From: Cenococcum geophilum
Taxonomy: Eukaryota
Assembly: GCA_050273025.1 (NCBI GenBank)
Contig: CP158636.1
Span: forward strand, 620,001-684,000
Length of the DNA: 64,000 nucleotides
Direction: 5' to 3'
Part shown: positions 39,437-51,111 of the stretch, one piece after another
Layout: every line of letters begins with the position of its first letter
How positions within the stretch are numbered: position 1 is the first letter of the stretch
The notes under the pieces: generated by a model
Databases searched by the model: none
What the model was told of the DNA's origin: nothing
What the model saw: the letters and a program-made list of their open reading frames with translations, nothing else
Program-made: the position numbers and the translations under genes

Positions 39437-40599
39437 TCATCTAACATTTTCCATTCCCGGCATACCCTCAAGACTACCAGTACTCTTGATGAATTCATCA
39501 AAATCTACACCTTGCTCGGCGAATAATTGCTTCGCCTTTTCTGCTGCCAGAACTTGGCGTTCGGGAGTGAAACCACCGGGTTGGCTGCTCTCGTATTGAA
39601 CGATTTCGATCCATCGGAAAAATAGAGACTCCTTGCCCATCTGCGTAAGGCGGTCCTGTGTGAAAGAACGGTTAGATTTCCGGTATGGCAATTAAAGATT
39701 CGGGACAGGCACCAGTGCTCAACCAATAGGAACAGAAATTGCAAGCTTACTTTGAATACTATGATCTTCTTCCTTTGCTCTGCCTCCGCTCCCTCATCTA
39801 GTTTCCAACATTCCCAAATTACCCATTGGCCTTGCCCTTCTTCATCACCACACCAGACTAGCACACTCTTTTCTAGTTGCTCCTCTTGCAGCACGCCTTT
39901 ATCCACCAGTCTTGTCGCCTCCATCATGACCGCAAAATCCAAATCCCAATCCCCATCCATGAGCAAATATCCCGTTTTCGCCCGAACCCTCTCCTTGTCT
40001 AGCGCCGGCAGTATGCGAACCTTGAAGAACGGACTATCGCCCCCTCTCTTATCATCCTCTTTACTCGCGCCCAGAAGGTCCTCCTTCCCCCACCCCCTGC
40101 TCACCCGCACATAGACCTCGCTATCCCGAAACCCAACCCGCCACCGCCACAGGACGGGGTTTCCCGGCCGCTCGAGGAAGAAGCTGTACGGCCACGGCGC
40201 CACAATCCGCACCAGCACCCAGTCTATCAGAAAGTGCGCCGCGCGCCACACCACCACGCGCACAATCTCTCCCCATGAGGATTCTTTGATGTGGATGGTG
40301 TATTCGTTCGGGTGGCCGAGGGATGAGAGCGTCATGCGCCAGTAGAAAGGGACTTCGACATAGGCGCGCCAGAGCAGGATAAGAATAATGGAGAGATTGA
40401 GCAGGACGGGAATCGCGAAGACGCGGCGTTTGAAGAAGGCCGGGTGGCGGTCTACATGCGTGATGTATACGGACGACTTGGATAATTTTGAGAGAAGAGG
40501 TTGGAGGCTTGAGGGAGCTGGGGTGAAGGGGGGTGGAATACTGGGAGTAGCTATCGTAGGCGGGGAAGACTTAGGAAGGCGTTTGCTAGGTTTTGGCAT
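39437..40599 (-). CDS. Hypothetical membrane protein, one intron (~39657-39750)
   Basis: Long ORF with two TM-like segments; spliced IIVFK|DRLTQMGKESLFFRWIEIVQYES. Confidence 0.75.
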
Positions 40600-41427
40600 T
40601 TTAGATGTGATGACAAGATGGTAGAACCGAATTCAGAATACAAAGACCCTTGAGAAGAAATCCCAGGGGAAATGTTGGAGGTAGTTAAAGATTATTGGAA
40701 AAATTTAGAGGCAATTAGTGGCAATTAATATTTTTTTGTCTTCTTTAGAGTAGGAAAGTTGGAAAGTTGATATGCATTTCAGTCTCGGCTTGCTCCGGCT
40801 CCGGTAATATTATGCCTAGGAAAATGCTAGGGCATTCCGAGTATCAAGCATAAAAAATGTCACGAGTCCGAATGCAGTTAAGACAGAAAATTGGCTCCAC
40901 TCATTCGATTCAGTTCCCTCGTACGCTCAGATAAAAGCTACCTAACCCAGTGCCAGGAAACCGCTAGTTAACAATCCGCTTTTCGCCCATGCAAAGCCTT
41001 GCAGTCTGACAATCCTGATTCTCGTATGATTCCAAGGTTTTAAAAATGGCAGATTCAAACTTAGCCCCGTCCACGCAGGCCGCCATCAAAAAAGAGAAGA
41101 AAACGCAAGACACAGATAGTAGCAGCAGCAATAGAAACTATTTTTAGGTGGCCTCCCTCCTCGCTCCGCCGTTACCGTGAGAAACCTGATTGTGTAGTAT
41201 AACAAACGCTCATGGGAAGGAAAAGTGAGAGTGAGAGAGATGAAGAACAAAACAGAAGACGGCCCTTGTCATAATACAATTCCCGTTGCGAGCAAAGTTG
41301 CAAACCCCGCACTTTCCACGATTCCCGATAAAATCAGAGCATTTAAGGAAAGCGGTTAAGTAGCTTCTTCAATAGATCGGCACCGTTTCAATTGAATGTT
41401 GCACACTAATTATCGTCTGTGTCGCCC

Positions 41428-44400
41428 CTAGTGTTGTCCGTAGTTTGTGCCCCAGCCACCACGATTGTAGCCGCCGTAACCTCCAAATCCTCCATAGCCA
41501 CCATATCCTCCAGTTTGATGGCTTTGAGCACCGCCTTGGTGCCCACCAAGTCCTCCTAGGCCTCCATACTGGTTCCCTTGACCGCCTTGAAGCTGGTTCA
41601 GATGGCTAGGATAACCACCAAAGCCTTGCTGGTGTGATTGTGGAGGAGGGAGTCCTGCTTGGGACTGTCCAGGAGTGTTATTTGTAGCAGACCCAGGGCG
41701 GCCAGGCTGCCCGAGCGCAGACGAACTAGGTCCAGCACTCGTCTTCGAGTCTCCGAATGGTTTGAGGGAATCCTCACTTGCGCCTTGTTGAGCACTTTGC
41801 TGCTGGCCGTAAGGTTGATTCTGGCTTGGGAAGCCAGCCTGAGATCGTGCAAAAACATCCGGGATGCCACCAAATCCGCCAGCTGCGTTAGCACTGTGCT
41901 GCTGATTTTGGGAAGGTTGTGCAGAACCAGATCTGCCGTAGTCCCCGAGAGCACCACCAAGAGTACTATCGCGTCCGTGCATTGATGACTGCCCAAATCC
42001 ACCAACGTTCGCTGGAGAAGACGAATGCTGATCGTATGAAGTCTGTGGCGAGATACCGTAGCCATGATGAGGTTGGCCATACATTCCCTTCCCGCTAAAG
42101 GCGCCATAGCCTTGCTGTCCGTAGTTGCCGTACTGGTTCATGTAATTCTGGAAATAAGGACTGCCATAGTATGGATGGTTGTATGGATAGGCTCCAGCAT
42201 GTCCTGGTTGTGCGTGAGGCTGCTGATGCATGTGCTGGGCTTGCTGAGATGATGGTCCGGTTGGATGTTGTCCTCCTAGTGCTGGATTCGGTGTGGTGTG
42301 GCCACTGTTTTGTGCCTCACCATAGCGATTTGGACCCTTGTGGTTACGGTTAGAATTCAAAGTCCCACATTACTTAAGATCACTCCGGTGTAGTAGGCAG
42401 AAGTTCCAATGAACAATGAAAGGATTTTAAGTACTTACCTGTTGTGGCTGGGTGGGTGGGAACGAAGAATCGCTCGGACCCGTCCCAAAAGCACTGCCTG
42501 TCCGTTGTTGAGTAGACCCAGCTTCCTGCTGGCTGGTAGCGCTTTGTTGGTTATAGTTTTGGTAGTAATTATACGCGTTTCTTTGCTGTTCTGAAGTATA
42601 GGAGTATTCGTTTGGAGCAGATGAGAAGGCTCCAGTTTGAGATTGGGGCTGCTGTAGAGGTTGGCTCGAGGCTTGGGCCTGAGCCTGAGCCTGGCTTGAA
42701 TAGTTGTCGAATTGGGTTGGTTGTGAGGCTTGTTGGCCAAAGGGGTCGTAGGGTTTCTGAGCCGGAGCTGATGGCTCTGACTGAATACCACCCTGACCAT
42801 AACGGCCAAATTGGCCATACTGCTGGCCAGTCTGAGATCCTTGTTGCTGCATGGTCTGCGGGCCAAGCTGGCTCTGGGGTGACTGCTGATGTGCTGGTAT
42901 GTTCTGTGGTTGTGGGACAGGTGGTAGACCTGGCGCTTGTTTTGGAGTAGAGTGAGTCTCCTGGCTTGGAGCCTCCGCTGGAGGAGCAAGCTGTCGAGGA
43001 GCCGGAGGAAGAGAAGCCCTAGGCTGTGCGACAGGCGAATGCTGAGGTGGTTGGGTACGTGTTTCTGCCTCTTCCCTATCCTCATCAATGTCCAAAGCGT
43101 CGCTATCCAAATCTCCGTTTAGGCCCATGCTTCCAAATTGCACAGCAGCCCTGTCTATAGCGAGGTTTCCTGGCATAACGACGGCTTCCTGCTGTTCAAT
43201 CAACCTCCTATTGAAACTTGCGCTGCGATGGGGAGTCACAGCAGCTTTGAGGGCGGTAGTAGCATAACCTCCGATTGCAGGTCGACCGATGGGTGCTTGA
43301 GGTGCGCTGCTCAACGGAGTTGCAACACCTCCAACGCTTCCAATGTCTCTGGAGCTAGCGACTATACTAGCAGCAGTTTCGGTAGGCGGAGGGGCCGAAA
43401 CGTCCGGAAGATGTTCCACATTATCTTCTGTAAGCTCGTGTTTGGAAGGTGTTAGCTCGTCGCCGGATTCCTCTAATGGGTTTTCGGGTGTGAAGCTCGA
43501 CAACTCTTCAGGTGCGGCCTGGGTCTCCTCAGGTATCTCGTCTGCCACTGGAGGAATAGGCAGTTCTTCGGATTCCGCCACCGTTTCTAGTACTTCCTCA
43601 TGTGCTGGTGTTTCTATTGGGGCAGGGGCTCGCTCTTCTGGGACTACGGGGGCTTGAGTAACTGGCTTCGGGGGAACCGGAGCCGGAGCAGGTTTTACAA
43701 CGTTCGCCCATGTCTTCTTTGCAGCAGCCTGTGGGACTGCAACGCTCTTCTGAACCTTAGGCTCTCCCGTCTGAGCTACTGGCTGTTGCTCCCAGGCAGG
43801 ATTCTGAGCGTTCTCATTGTTTTCGCTTGCAGCTGTATTATCCCAAGCAGATGATTCGGTTGTAGGAACAGACGTTGGACCAGTCGCAGCGCGTGCGCCA
43901 TTTGTTGAAGCTTGTGCTCCACCACGAGTGCTCCGAAACCCACCGCGACCGCGCTCGGTCCGTCCACGGCCTCCACGAGCACTGTCATGGCCACCGCGAC
44001 CGCGACCTGCACGGGTTGACGCAGAAGTCGCATCCGGGCCCGTGGCGGTTGCATCTTTCACTTTCGAGCGCGATCGGTCCTTAGTCTTTTTAACTTCGGA
44101 AAATTGGGAGACGTTGCCTATGGTTAAAGCTCTGTCAGCGGACGTAGTTAAATCAGACATTACAATAGTACAAGGCCTAATTAGATGGAATGGTATCTAG
44201 CGGTCGAGGACGCGACCAGAAGTGCATACCTTCAGTAATCCTTTCGATGGTGCTCTGAAGATCTCCATCGGTTTCCTGTAACGCAAGAAGAAGGTCGACG
44301 TCGGCCCAATCTGGAAAGAGCTCCTTTAGCGTGGTCAATTGAGACAAATATTGTCGTTTCAATTCGCCAAGTTCGCCTTGATCCGCAGAGGTATCAACAT

Positions 44401-44530
44401 GTGTAGATCCATAGTGGTCGCCATTCGTCTGCTTGCTGTTTGACCGTGGTCCTCGAGAGGGATATCCGCCTCTCCCACCGCGAGCCGAGCTCCTGCCACG
44501 AGTGGCTGGCCGAGACTGTACTTCAGACAT
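41428..44530 (-). CDS. DEF1: RNA polymerase II degradation factor Def1-like (CUE domain, Q/G-rich tail), introns 44118-44229 and 42337-42438
   Basis: MSEVQSRPA..RGG, CUE motif LKELFPDW..DLLLALQETDGDL..IERITEG, Q-rich C-terminus. Confidence 0.85.
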
Positions 44531-45066
44531 GTGGTCTTGTGAAAGGAAGAGTCGATACAGAGGAAGGGTGTTTGTTAAGAAAGGGTTCCGGGGAGCTGAA
44601 GGAGGATGGTTGTGTTTGAATAATGACGAAGGAGGTGAAGGGGGTGTTTGCGAGAACTCTAAAACGGCAGCAAGCAGACTTGCGGTAGTCAAAATGCACC
44701 GGGCAGCCTGTAGCAGGCTCTCTCGTGTGTTCGAATAAAATCTGGAGTGTGTACGTTGCTCGTCGACAGGCTCATGAGGGCGTGGTTGATGAGAGGGAAG
44801 GAGGACAGGCGTGTCGGCCGCTGGTGCAAATGGTGGTCTTGCGGCTGCCCAGCCTCTTCCAGCGCGCACTTCGATTCGCGATTCGGCGAGCGTTGAAGTC
44901 AAGAGGTCACGCTCCGCCGCCCCTCACCCCCAATTCACACCACACACCTGGCCAGACACCCCAGACACCCCAGATTCACCCACCGCCGTCTCCTCGTGCC
45001 TGCACTACGATAAAACCGAGCCTGCTGTGCAAGCAACCATCACCTAGAGCCGGTTGCTCGTTCACC

Positions 45067-46335
45067 ATGCAGTCCTCTGCAAGCCGCGCTTTCAGCATCC
45101 TCTCCTCGAAGATCCATCCGCAGCTTCCTCTTACCCCCCGCGAATCACAGCAACTGCTTGCCCTCCTCACTACCTCATTCAGACAGCAATTGGATCGCGA
45201 ATACCTCCGGGACCCTCTACGCTCTCATAGTGCACGTCTGCAGCTACATAATCAAAGTAAAGATACCCCCACGAAACCTGGTGCTCCCGAATCCAAATCG
45301 CACACAACAGCCAGCAAGCATCTCGAGACTGTTCTAACAAACCCGCTGTTTGCTATAAAGCCTCAGAGAAGGAGATCTGGCACATATGACATCAAAGATG
45401 CCCACAAAATTATGGGCGACCCCTTGCAATGGTTCCAGGAGCAAGTTGCCAGTGGGTCAGCTGATATTCAATCGGCCTACCTATGTGTCGAGGCCATTCA
45501 GAAAATGACACCATCGTCACCCATGACAGAGAGCGCAAAGCACAGCAATATCGGTTTGAAGATATCGGATTGGCTATGGTCGAGTGGCATTGAGAAAACA
45601 AAACCGTTCTTAACAAACCTCGGATTCATCAAATTACTGGTGCCTTACCTTGTTCGGGAGCATGCAGAGGATCCTTTATGGCGATGGTTCACTCGCAGCT
45701 TGCAAACGTGGATCCAAGAAGCTAACGTTGATATGAAGCAAGTGCATCGGTTCCGGGCTCATTTGCTAAAATCTATGGCTATGTCGAAACTGGATGGAGA
45801 GGGCGGGCCAGAGGCGGCAATCACAACAATTTTACGTGCTGTCGCTCTGCTTGATACCCCAAACATTTGCCTCTCTACTTCAGACACCAATCTTGCCGGC
45901 AGATCGGTTGTGGAACATATTATTTCAACGACAACCCCCATCCCTGCGGAACTATTCAATCAATTTATTCATAGCACGAGGAGATGGAGCCGTCAGTGGG
46001 AACTTTTTCAAGCAATCCTTTGGTCACACTATCCATCGCAGCCTAATGCCAATCCCGGCCTGGAATATCTGAAGAATGGAGCAGCATTATCACGATCCCA
46101 AAGACCGGAGTTCCGCCGCTTGCTAGTGCAGCTTTCCCTGGGCGTCGCCCAGCAACTACTCACCGAGAATAGGTTTTCAGAGGGTCAATGGGTGCTGGAC
46201 TTTGCAAGAGATAATCTCTCGGAGGAGTTAGGATTGCAGCCAGAACGGCCTTCAGTCAAAGAATCATCACAAAGGTCCTCTCAAGACGAGCTGGAAAATC
46301 TACAGCTACTGGATAGCCTGAAGCTAGATATATGA
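45067..46335 (+). CDS. Hypothetical protein, possibly mitochondrial
   Basis: Long ORF; MQSSASRAFSILSSKIHPQLPLTPRESQQLL start after a CACC context. Confidence 0.7.
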   Translation: MQSSASRAFSILSSKIHPQLPLTPRESQQLLALLTTSFRQQLDREYLRDPLRSHSARLQLHNQSKDTPTKPGAPESKSHTTASKHLETVLTNPLFAIKPQRRRSGTYDIKDAHKIMGDPLQWFQEQVASGSADIQSAYLCVEAIQKMTPSSPMTESAKHSNIGLKISDWLWSSGIEKTKPFLTNLGFIKLLVPYLVREHAEDPLWRWFTRSLQTWIQEANVDMKQVHRFRAHLLKSMAMSKLDGEGGPEAAITTILRAVALLDTPNICLSTSDTNLAGRSVVEHIISTTTPIPAELFNQFIHSTRRWSRQWELFQAILWSHYPSQPNANPGLEYLKNGAALSRSQRPEFRRLLVQLSLGVAQQLLTENRFSEGQWVLDFARDNLSEELGLQPERPSVKESSQRSSQDELENLQLLDSLKLDI

Positions 46336-46485
46336 GATTCGTGAAAGATGTTACTAGTAATCGAAAGCCTCTAAGAGCTGGCCCATACACTTTGATGAGG
46401 TGTTCTAAAAACCAAACATGGATATAGCTACACACCCATATCTCTATGCAAAACGCCAGCCATGTCAGAATATACCAAGGACGCT

Positions 46486-47909
46486 TTACTCAATGGCAAA
46501 GATGTCGTTTCCATACAGCACCGGGTTAATCCTTTCGTCAAACTCAAACCGGAACTCCTTGCCTAGCTCCTTCCTGCACACCTTCTGAACAGCCTCCAGG
46601 ACATTATTGAGCACGCCAAAGCTAGCGGGATTCTGATCGTCGTTCTCTTCGCCCTGGCACACGTCGGTACGCACCAGGCGGGTGTTCCAGCCATACATGT
46701 TCCCGCCAATAATGTTCGACGCCGGATTGTCGCCAATCATGTAGATGCTGCTTGGAAGGCGTTCGTCATTGTGGATCCGCTCCATCCAACTGGCGATGGC
46801 CTTGTCCGCGTACTTGCATGTGGCTAGCTCCGGCTTGCCATACACGACACGCTCGAGATCGACGCCGGTCAACGCCTTGTACATGGCCTCGAACCCGATG
46901 CGGAACGCGCCTTGCGACATGCGAGGAATGGGATGCTCGGTCACGCACATCAGGTCTCCCTAGGAGAAGTAGATGGGGATCCACTGCGAGACGGGTCCTT
47001 GGCGACTGTCTTTAGGTGGCCGTTTTCGCTGCGTAGCAAGTCCATGATGATTTGCATGTCGGTGGCGTGGTCGCGGCTGTCGGAGACCATGATGGCTTCG
47101 ATGGTTGGATCCCAGGCCACAATGCCGTTGGGTACGACAATGTCTCTGAATTCGTATCGCTCGGCGACTTTGCGGCAGCGGTAGCCTTCACCACCCACTA
47201 CCAGAATGGTGTCGTAGTACCCTGCTAATGCACGCATCGGAGTGTGCGGTTGGATGAATTGGTCGACGGAGACTGGAGAATGCAGAATCTTAGGGAGCTG
47301 CTGCATGCGAGCCTGTTCGGGCTTGCCTGAGCCGTTGGTCAGGAAAATGTGTGGGATCTTGATTCCAAGCTCGTCGCCGTTAAGGATCCCCAGGACGCGC
47401 TTTCCCTCGGGGATCAGTCGGTCGCCATGGACAAGAACAGCGTCAATGTCGAAAACGAAGGCCATGTCTTTTGCGGCTTTAACCTTTTCTCCCTTGATAT
47501 CTTGGACTTGGACAGCCAGAATTTCTCTGGAGGGCTGGATTGGGGGCATTCCCGGCCTGACCGGTCGTCCATCTGCAGTGTAGACAGATGACAGTCTCGA
47601 TAGCCTCTTTGACCTTAGAATGGGTAGGGAAGCCCCAAAAGAGTTTCGGGAACTCCTCCGCTCCTTCATGGATGGGGAAAGGCTCAGTTTGTGCATATAG
47701 GCTTGGGCATCCGAGATCGAAGACCTAGTTGCGGGCACCTCAATGGCATCGTGAGCATGGCCATCGCCTGGAATAGTAAGGCTGCTGCCATAGCTACCGG
47801 CTCCTTGGTTGCCACGGCTCGCGACGCGTTGTAGGGGATTGTTCTCTCGGGATTTAACAGGGCTGAGAGGTGACTGGACACCAAAGTCCGATTCGTCGAA
47901 GGCAGGCAT
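46486..47909 (-). pseudogene. HAD-IIA hydrolase (cutA/cut-1-like), disrupted
   Basis: FVFDID(A)VLVHG, FLTNGSGK, YGKPE, YMIGDNP; 1-nt frameshift at ~46994 and in-frame TAG at 46960-46962 within IPIYFS*GD. Confidence 0.8.
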
Positions 47910-48855
47910 GATCGAAGAGGCGATTACGATATTTCGGTAGGAGTATGATGCGACAGGCTTTGTCGAGGAGAGTTATGTAAGTAGAGTGCTGTAAGGCTTT
48001 CGGGGCTATGGGGAAGGGTTCCAGCTGGAGAGTATATTCAACACCTCACAGCGGCCACGTTGGCATCATGATTCGAAATTATGTTTCAGCCCCGTTTTCC
48101 AACGCGAAACCCCTACTTGCTCCACGGATACATCATCATGCCTTGATATAATAGAAGGAGCCTTCGAATCCACTCGCTCCTTTGGCCGGCCGAAGCCTGT
48201 GCACAGGTGAGAAATATTCAATACATAATCAAAAACGGAGCCTTTAGTGGACTCGTGTGCACAGTCTTCACAGCATCTAAACTGTTGTCAGCAAGGCGCA
48301 TCAATACTTATTCTACAGTATTTTTGACGAGATCATGTTGGTAGGGGGATTAGGGGCATCCACAGGAGCTTCCTCCGATCATGTGATAGCCTCGCTTGTC
48401 GTGACGACTCCACCTGATGGAATCTCCTCACACCACACACCTGCGTCTCCGTGTGACAGATCATGTTGATGTATGCGGCGGCTCTGGTGGTTATGGCGTC
48501 TCCCGCGGCGAGGGTTTTCTGCCACCGCCTGCAGAATTGTTTTACGTCGCTAGTGAAACCGGCTACCCCCTTAAGTGAAATTGCTCTAACTTTCTACCCA
48601 AGCGGCTTAGCTAGTGCCCACCTTATATACTCGGTACGTAAAGTGCTAGATCTAAAACACACGTGTTTAATGGCGCTAATAGTAGGCTTTTGTAAGTAAC
48701 GTTTCACAGGAGCGAGTCGTCCTCCCTGCCAGCGGTGGCGATGTGCCACCTAAACTAAAGCTGAACTACCTAGCGCCTAGTCTGAAAATGCTTTCGCACT
48801 GATAGATTAAAATCTAGCTATAACCTATCTAAGTACCTTATATGTACACCTTTTA

Positions 48856-50961
48856 CGGAGGTAGCGGTCAAAAGTTCCTGGCCCCCCTTGCGCCACCGAT
48901 GCGCCACCAATACGCCACCAAATTCTTTCTTGGCGTTCCGAATTAGGAAGGAGGCTGGTATGGAAGATGGATTTTGGCTCTCTACGACGAGAGTGTAGAT
49001 ATATGACATCATGGTGGTGATATATAGGATTACTGCTTCTGCCCACTAGCTAGCCCACCACCTCGTCCACCACCTCGTCCACCACCTCGTCCACCACCTC
49101 GTCCACCACCTCGCCCACCACCTCGCCCTGGCTTCTTTCCTTTCGATGACTCAGCCTGCTGCTGCTGTAGCTCCTGCTGCTGTTATGGCTCTTATTCGGG
49201 TTCAATAAACGTCTCATTAAGTAGCTCAATTGGCAGGCGGCGTCGTGGGTTCCGTCGTGGCTCCGGAGGTAGAGCTTAAGGTGGTTTAGGAGGTGATTCG
49301 GGAGGTAGCTCTAGAGGCTCTTAGGGTAGTTCTTAAGGTAGCTTATAAGCTTCTTGTATCGCGAAGATAGCAGTAAGAGCAGCGCCAGCAGCGCCAGCAG
49401 CGCTCTTAGCTACTAGTGCCTTCTTTAGAGCACGCCGTCGTGGCTTTGGCTACGGCTCTTCCTCCTTAATATCAGATATATCCTCCCAATCGTGCTGCGG
49501 AACTTGGTGTTCTGGTAGCCCTAGTTAACATGGCTTATCTAATAAGCCTTCGCGATACTCGTTGCCTCCTTTAAGCCTTATTATCTCCTATATATAGCGA
49601 GGGATCCTCTTAATCCAACGCTAGATTCGCCACTGCTCTAGCTCCCTCTATACTTTATACCAGGCTTTCTTAGCAGGCTTTTAAGCTGTAAGGGCGCCCT
49701 TCTTAGTAGTAACTCTCTTAAGGTATAGCCACGCTGGCTCTATTATATTTATATTGGGCGAATTACCACACTAGGTAAGGCGTTAAACTTCTACAGCGCT
49801 CATTAAAAGGTTGTAATACTTAGCAACATAAGAGAAAGCCTTATCTTCTTAAATTAGCGTATTTAGAAGATTCTTTTGGCAAGCTTAAGCAAATGGAATT
49901 AGCTTTAGTATAAGAATAAACGTTACATAGCAATACTAATCAACTCCTTTGCCACTACCTCTTATAAGCTTACCGTAACTTTTATCCCATTTCCATATAG
50001 GTTTCTTACCTATAAGATTTTAAATTCCCATTCTCCTCATGGCAATAGTAAGCTCATATTCTGCTCTTGCAATAGGTTCGAGTTCGGCGTTAATTTTAAT
50101 AAAATCAGCTGTTGTAGTAGCTCATTATTATATTGTCTTAGGGGTCCAAATATAGCAGGGGCCCTTTCTATAATATAAGAAGCTGCCCCAGAATATAAAC
50201 TCTAAATAGCCCTTCTACCAAAGTCTTATTATAGATCTAAGAAAGCGTTCTTTTGGCTACCTCTATACGTAATAGCCTTTAAGGCAATAACCAAGAATAA
50301 CTAAGGTCTTATTACTCTAAATAACGTTTATCCAATCCTCTAAAGTCCAGTCCTCATAGCGAAGGCAGAACTTAAGCCTATCCTTCTTTATCTGCGCTAA
50401 AAGACCGGGCTTATGAGTAGCCTTAGTCTTACGGAAGTTCTGCGAATTAAGGATTCGCTATATAGTTTTAGCGCTAAGATTAGTATCAAGAGCAAGTTGC
50501 TTAGTACTCTTTTCCCTACTATAGCGGTTACAACGAACCTTTTTAATAACTTCTTAAATCTTAGCAGACGTATGTTTAGTTGGACGACCTAATCGAGGTG
50601 CATCTCTAAGGTAAATATTAAGAATTATGCGGCTTTTGGTCTCATCAAAGCCGCGTTTCCGTGCTTCTTAAACAACCAATTTAATGCGGGAGACGCTTAT
50701 TCCAGTAGCGGCTTAAATATCGGCATTTGTGCTACCATAAATCTTTATAGTAAGGGCCTAAGCCCTTGTACAGATGTCGTATAAGTTACCCATCACAAAT
50801 AGTAAGATATAATAAGGATTTGATGTATTTTAAAAGCTTAGGGAGTACAGTATTGAGGGGAGAGTCGCATACGTCGCAACCCCGCAGTGCGCGCCAAGAA
50901 TCGCTTACGCCACACTAAGCCACTAAAGGCTAGCGCACATCCGGGGGGGGCCAGGACTCCG
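48856..50961 (-). mobile_element. Tc1/mariner transposon, RIP-inactivated; transposase ~49050-50793
   Basis: De-RIP'd WSDET, QEDKA.SH, W.GNSPD.N.IE.AW, GGNEY; degenerate TIRs TA|cggag..tcctggcccccc at both ends. Confidence 0.85.
49055..49126. repeat. (CCACCACCTCGY)6 tandem repeat encoding (GRGG)6 on the minus strand
   Basis: Six 12-bp units read directly. Confidence 0.95.
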
Positions 50962-51111
50962 TACTGTGCCGCTAATAACGCTTTAGACTATACGCTCACC
51001 GAAATATATAAATAAGAAAGTATTCTACTAATCCTTATACGCGTCCCGTGGACTATCTAATACGAATAAACCGCCATTTATTTCTTGCGTATCTATATAA
51101 TTTCAGAGCCA

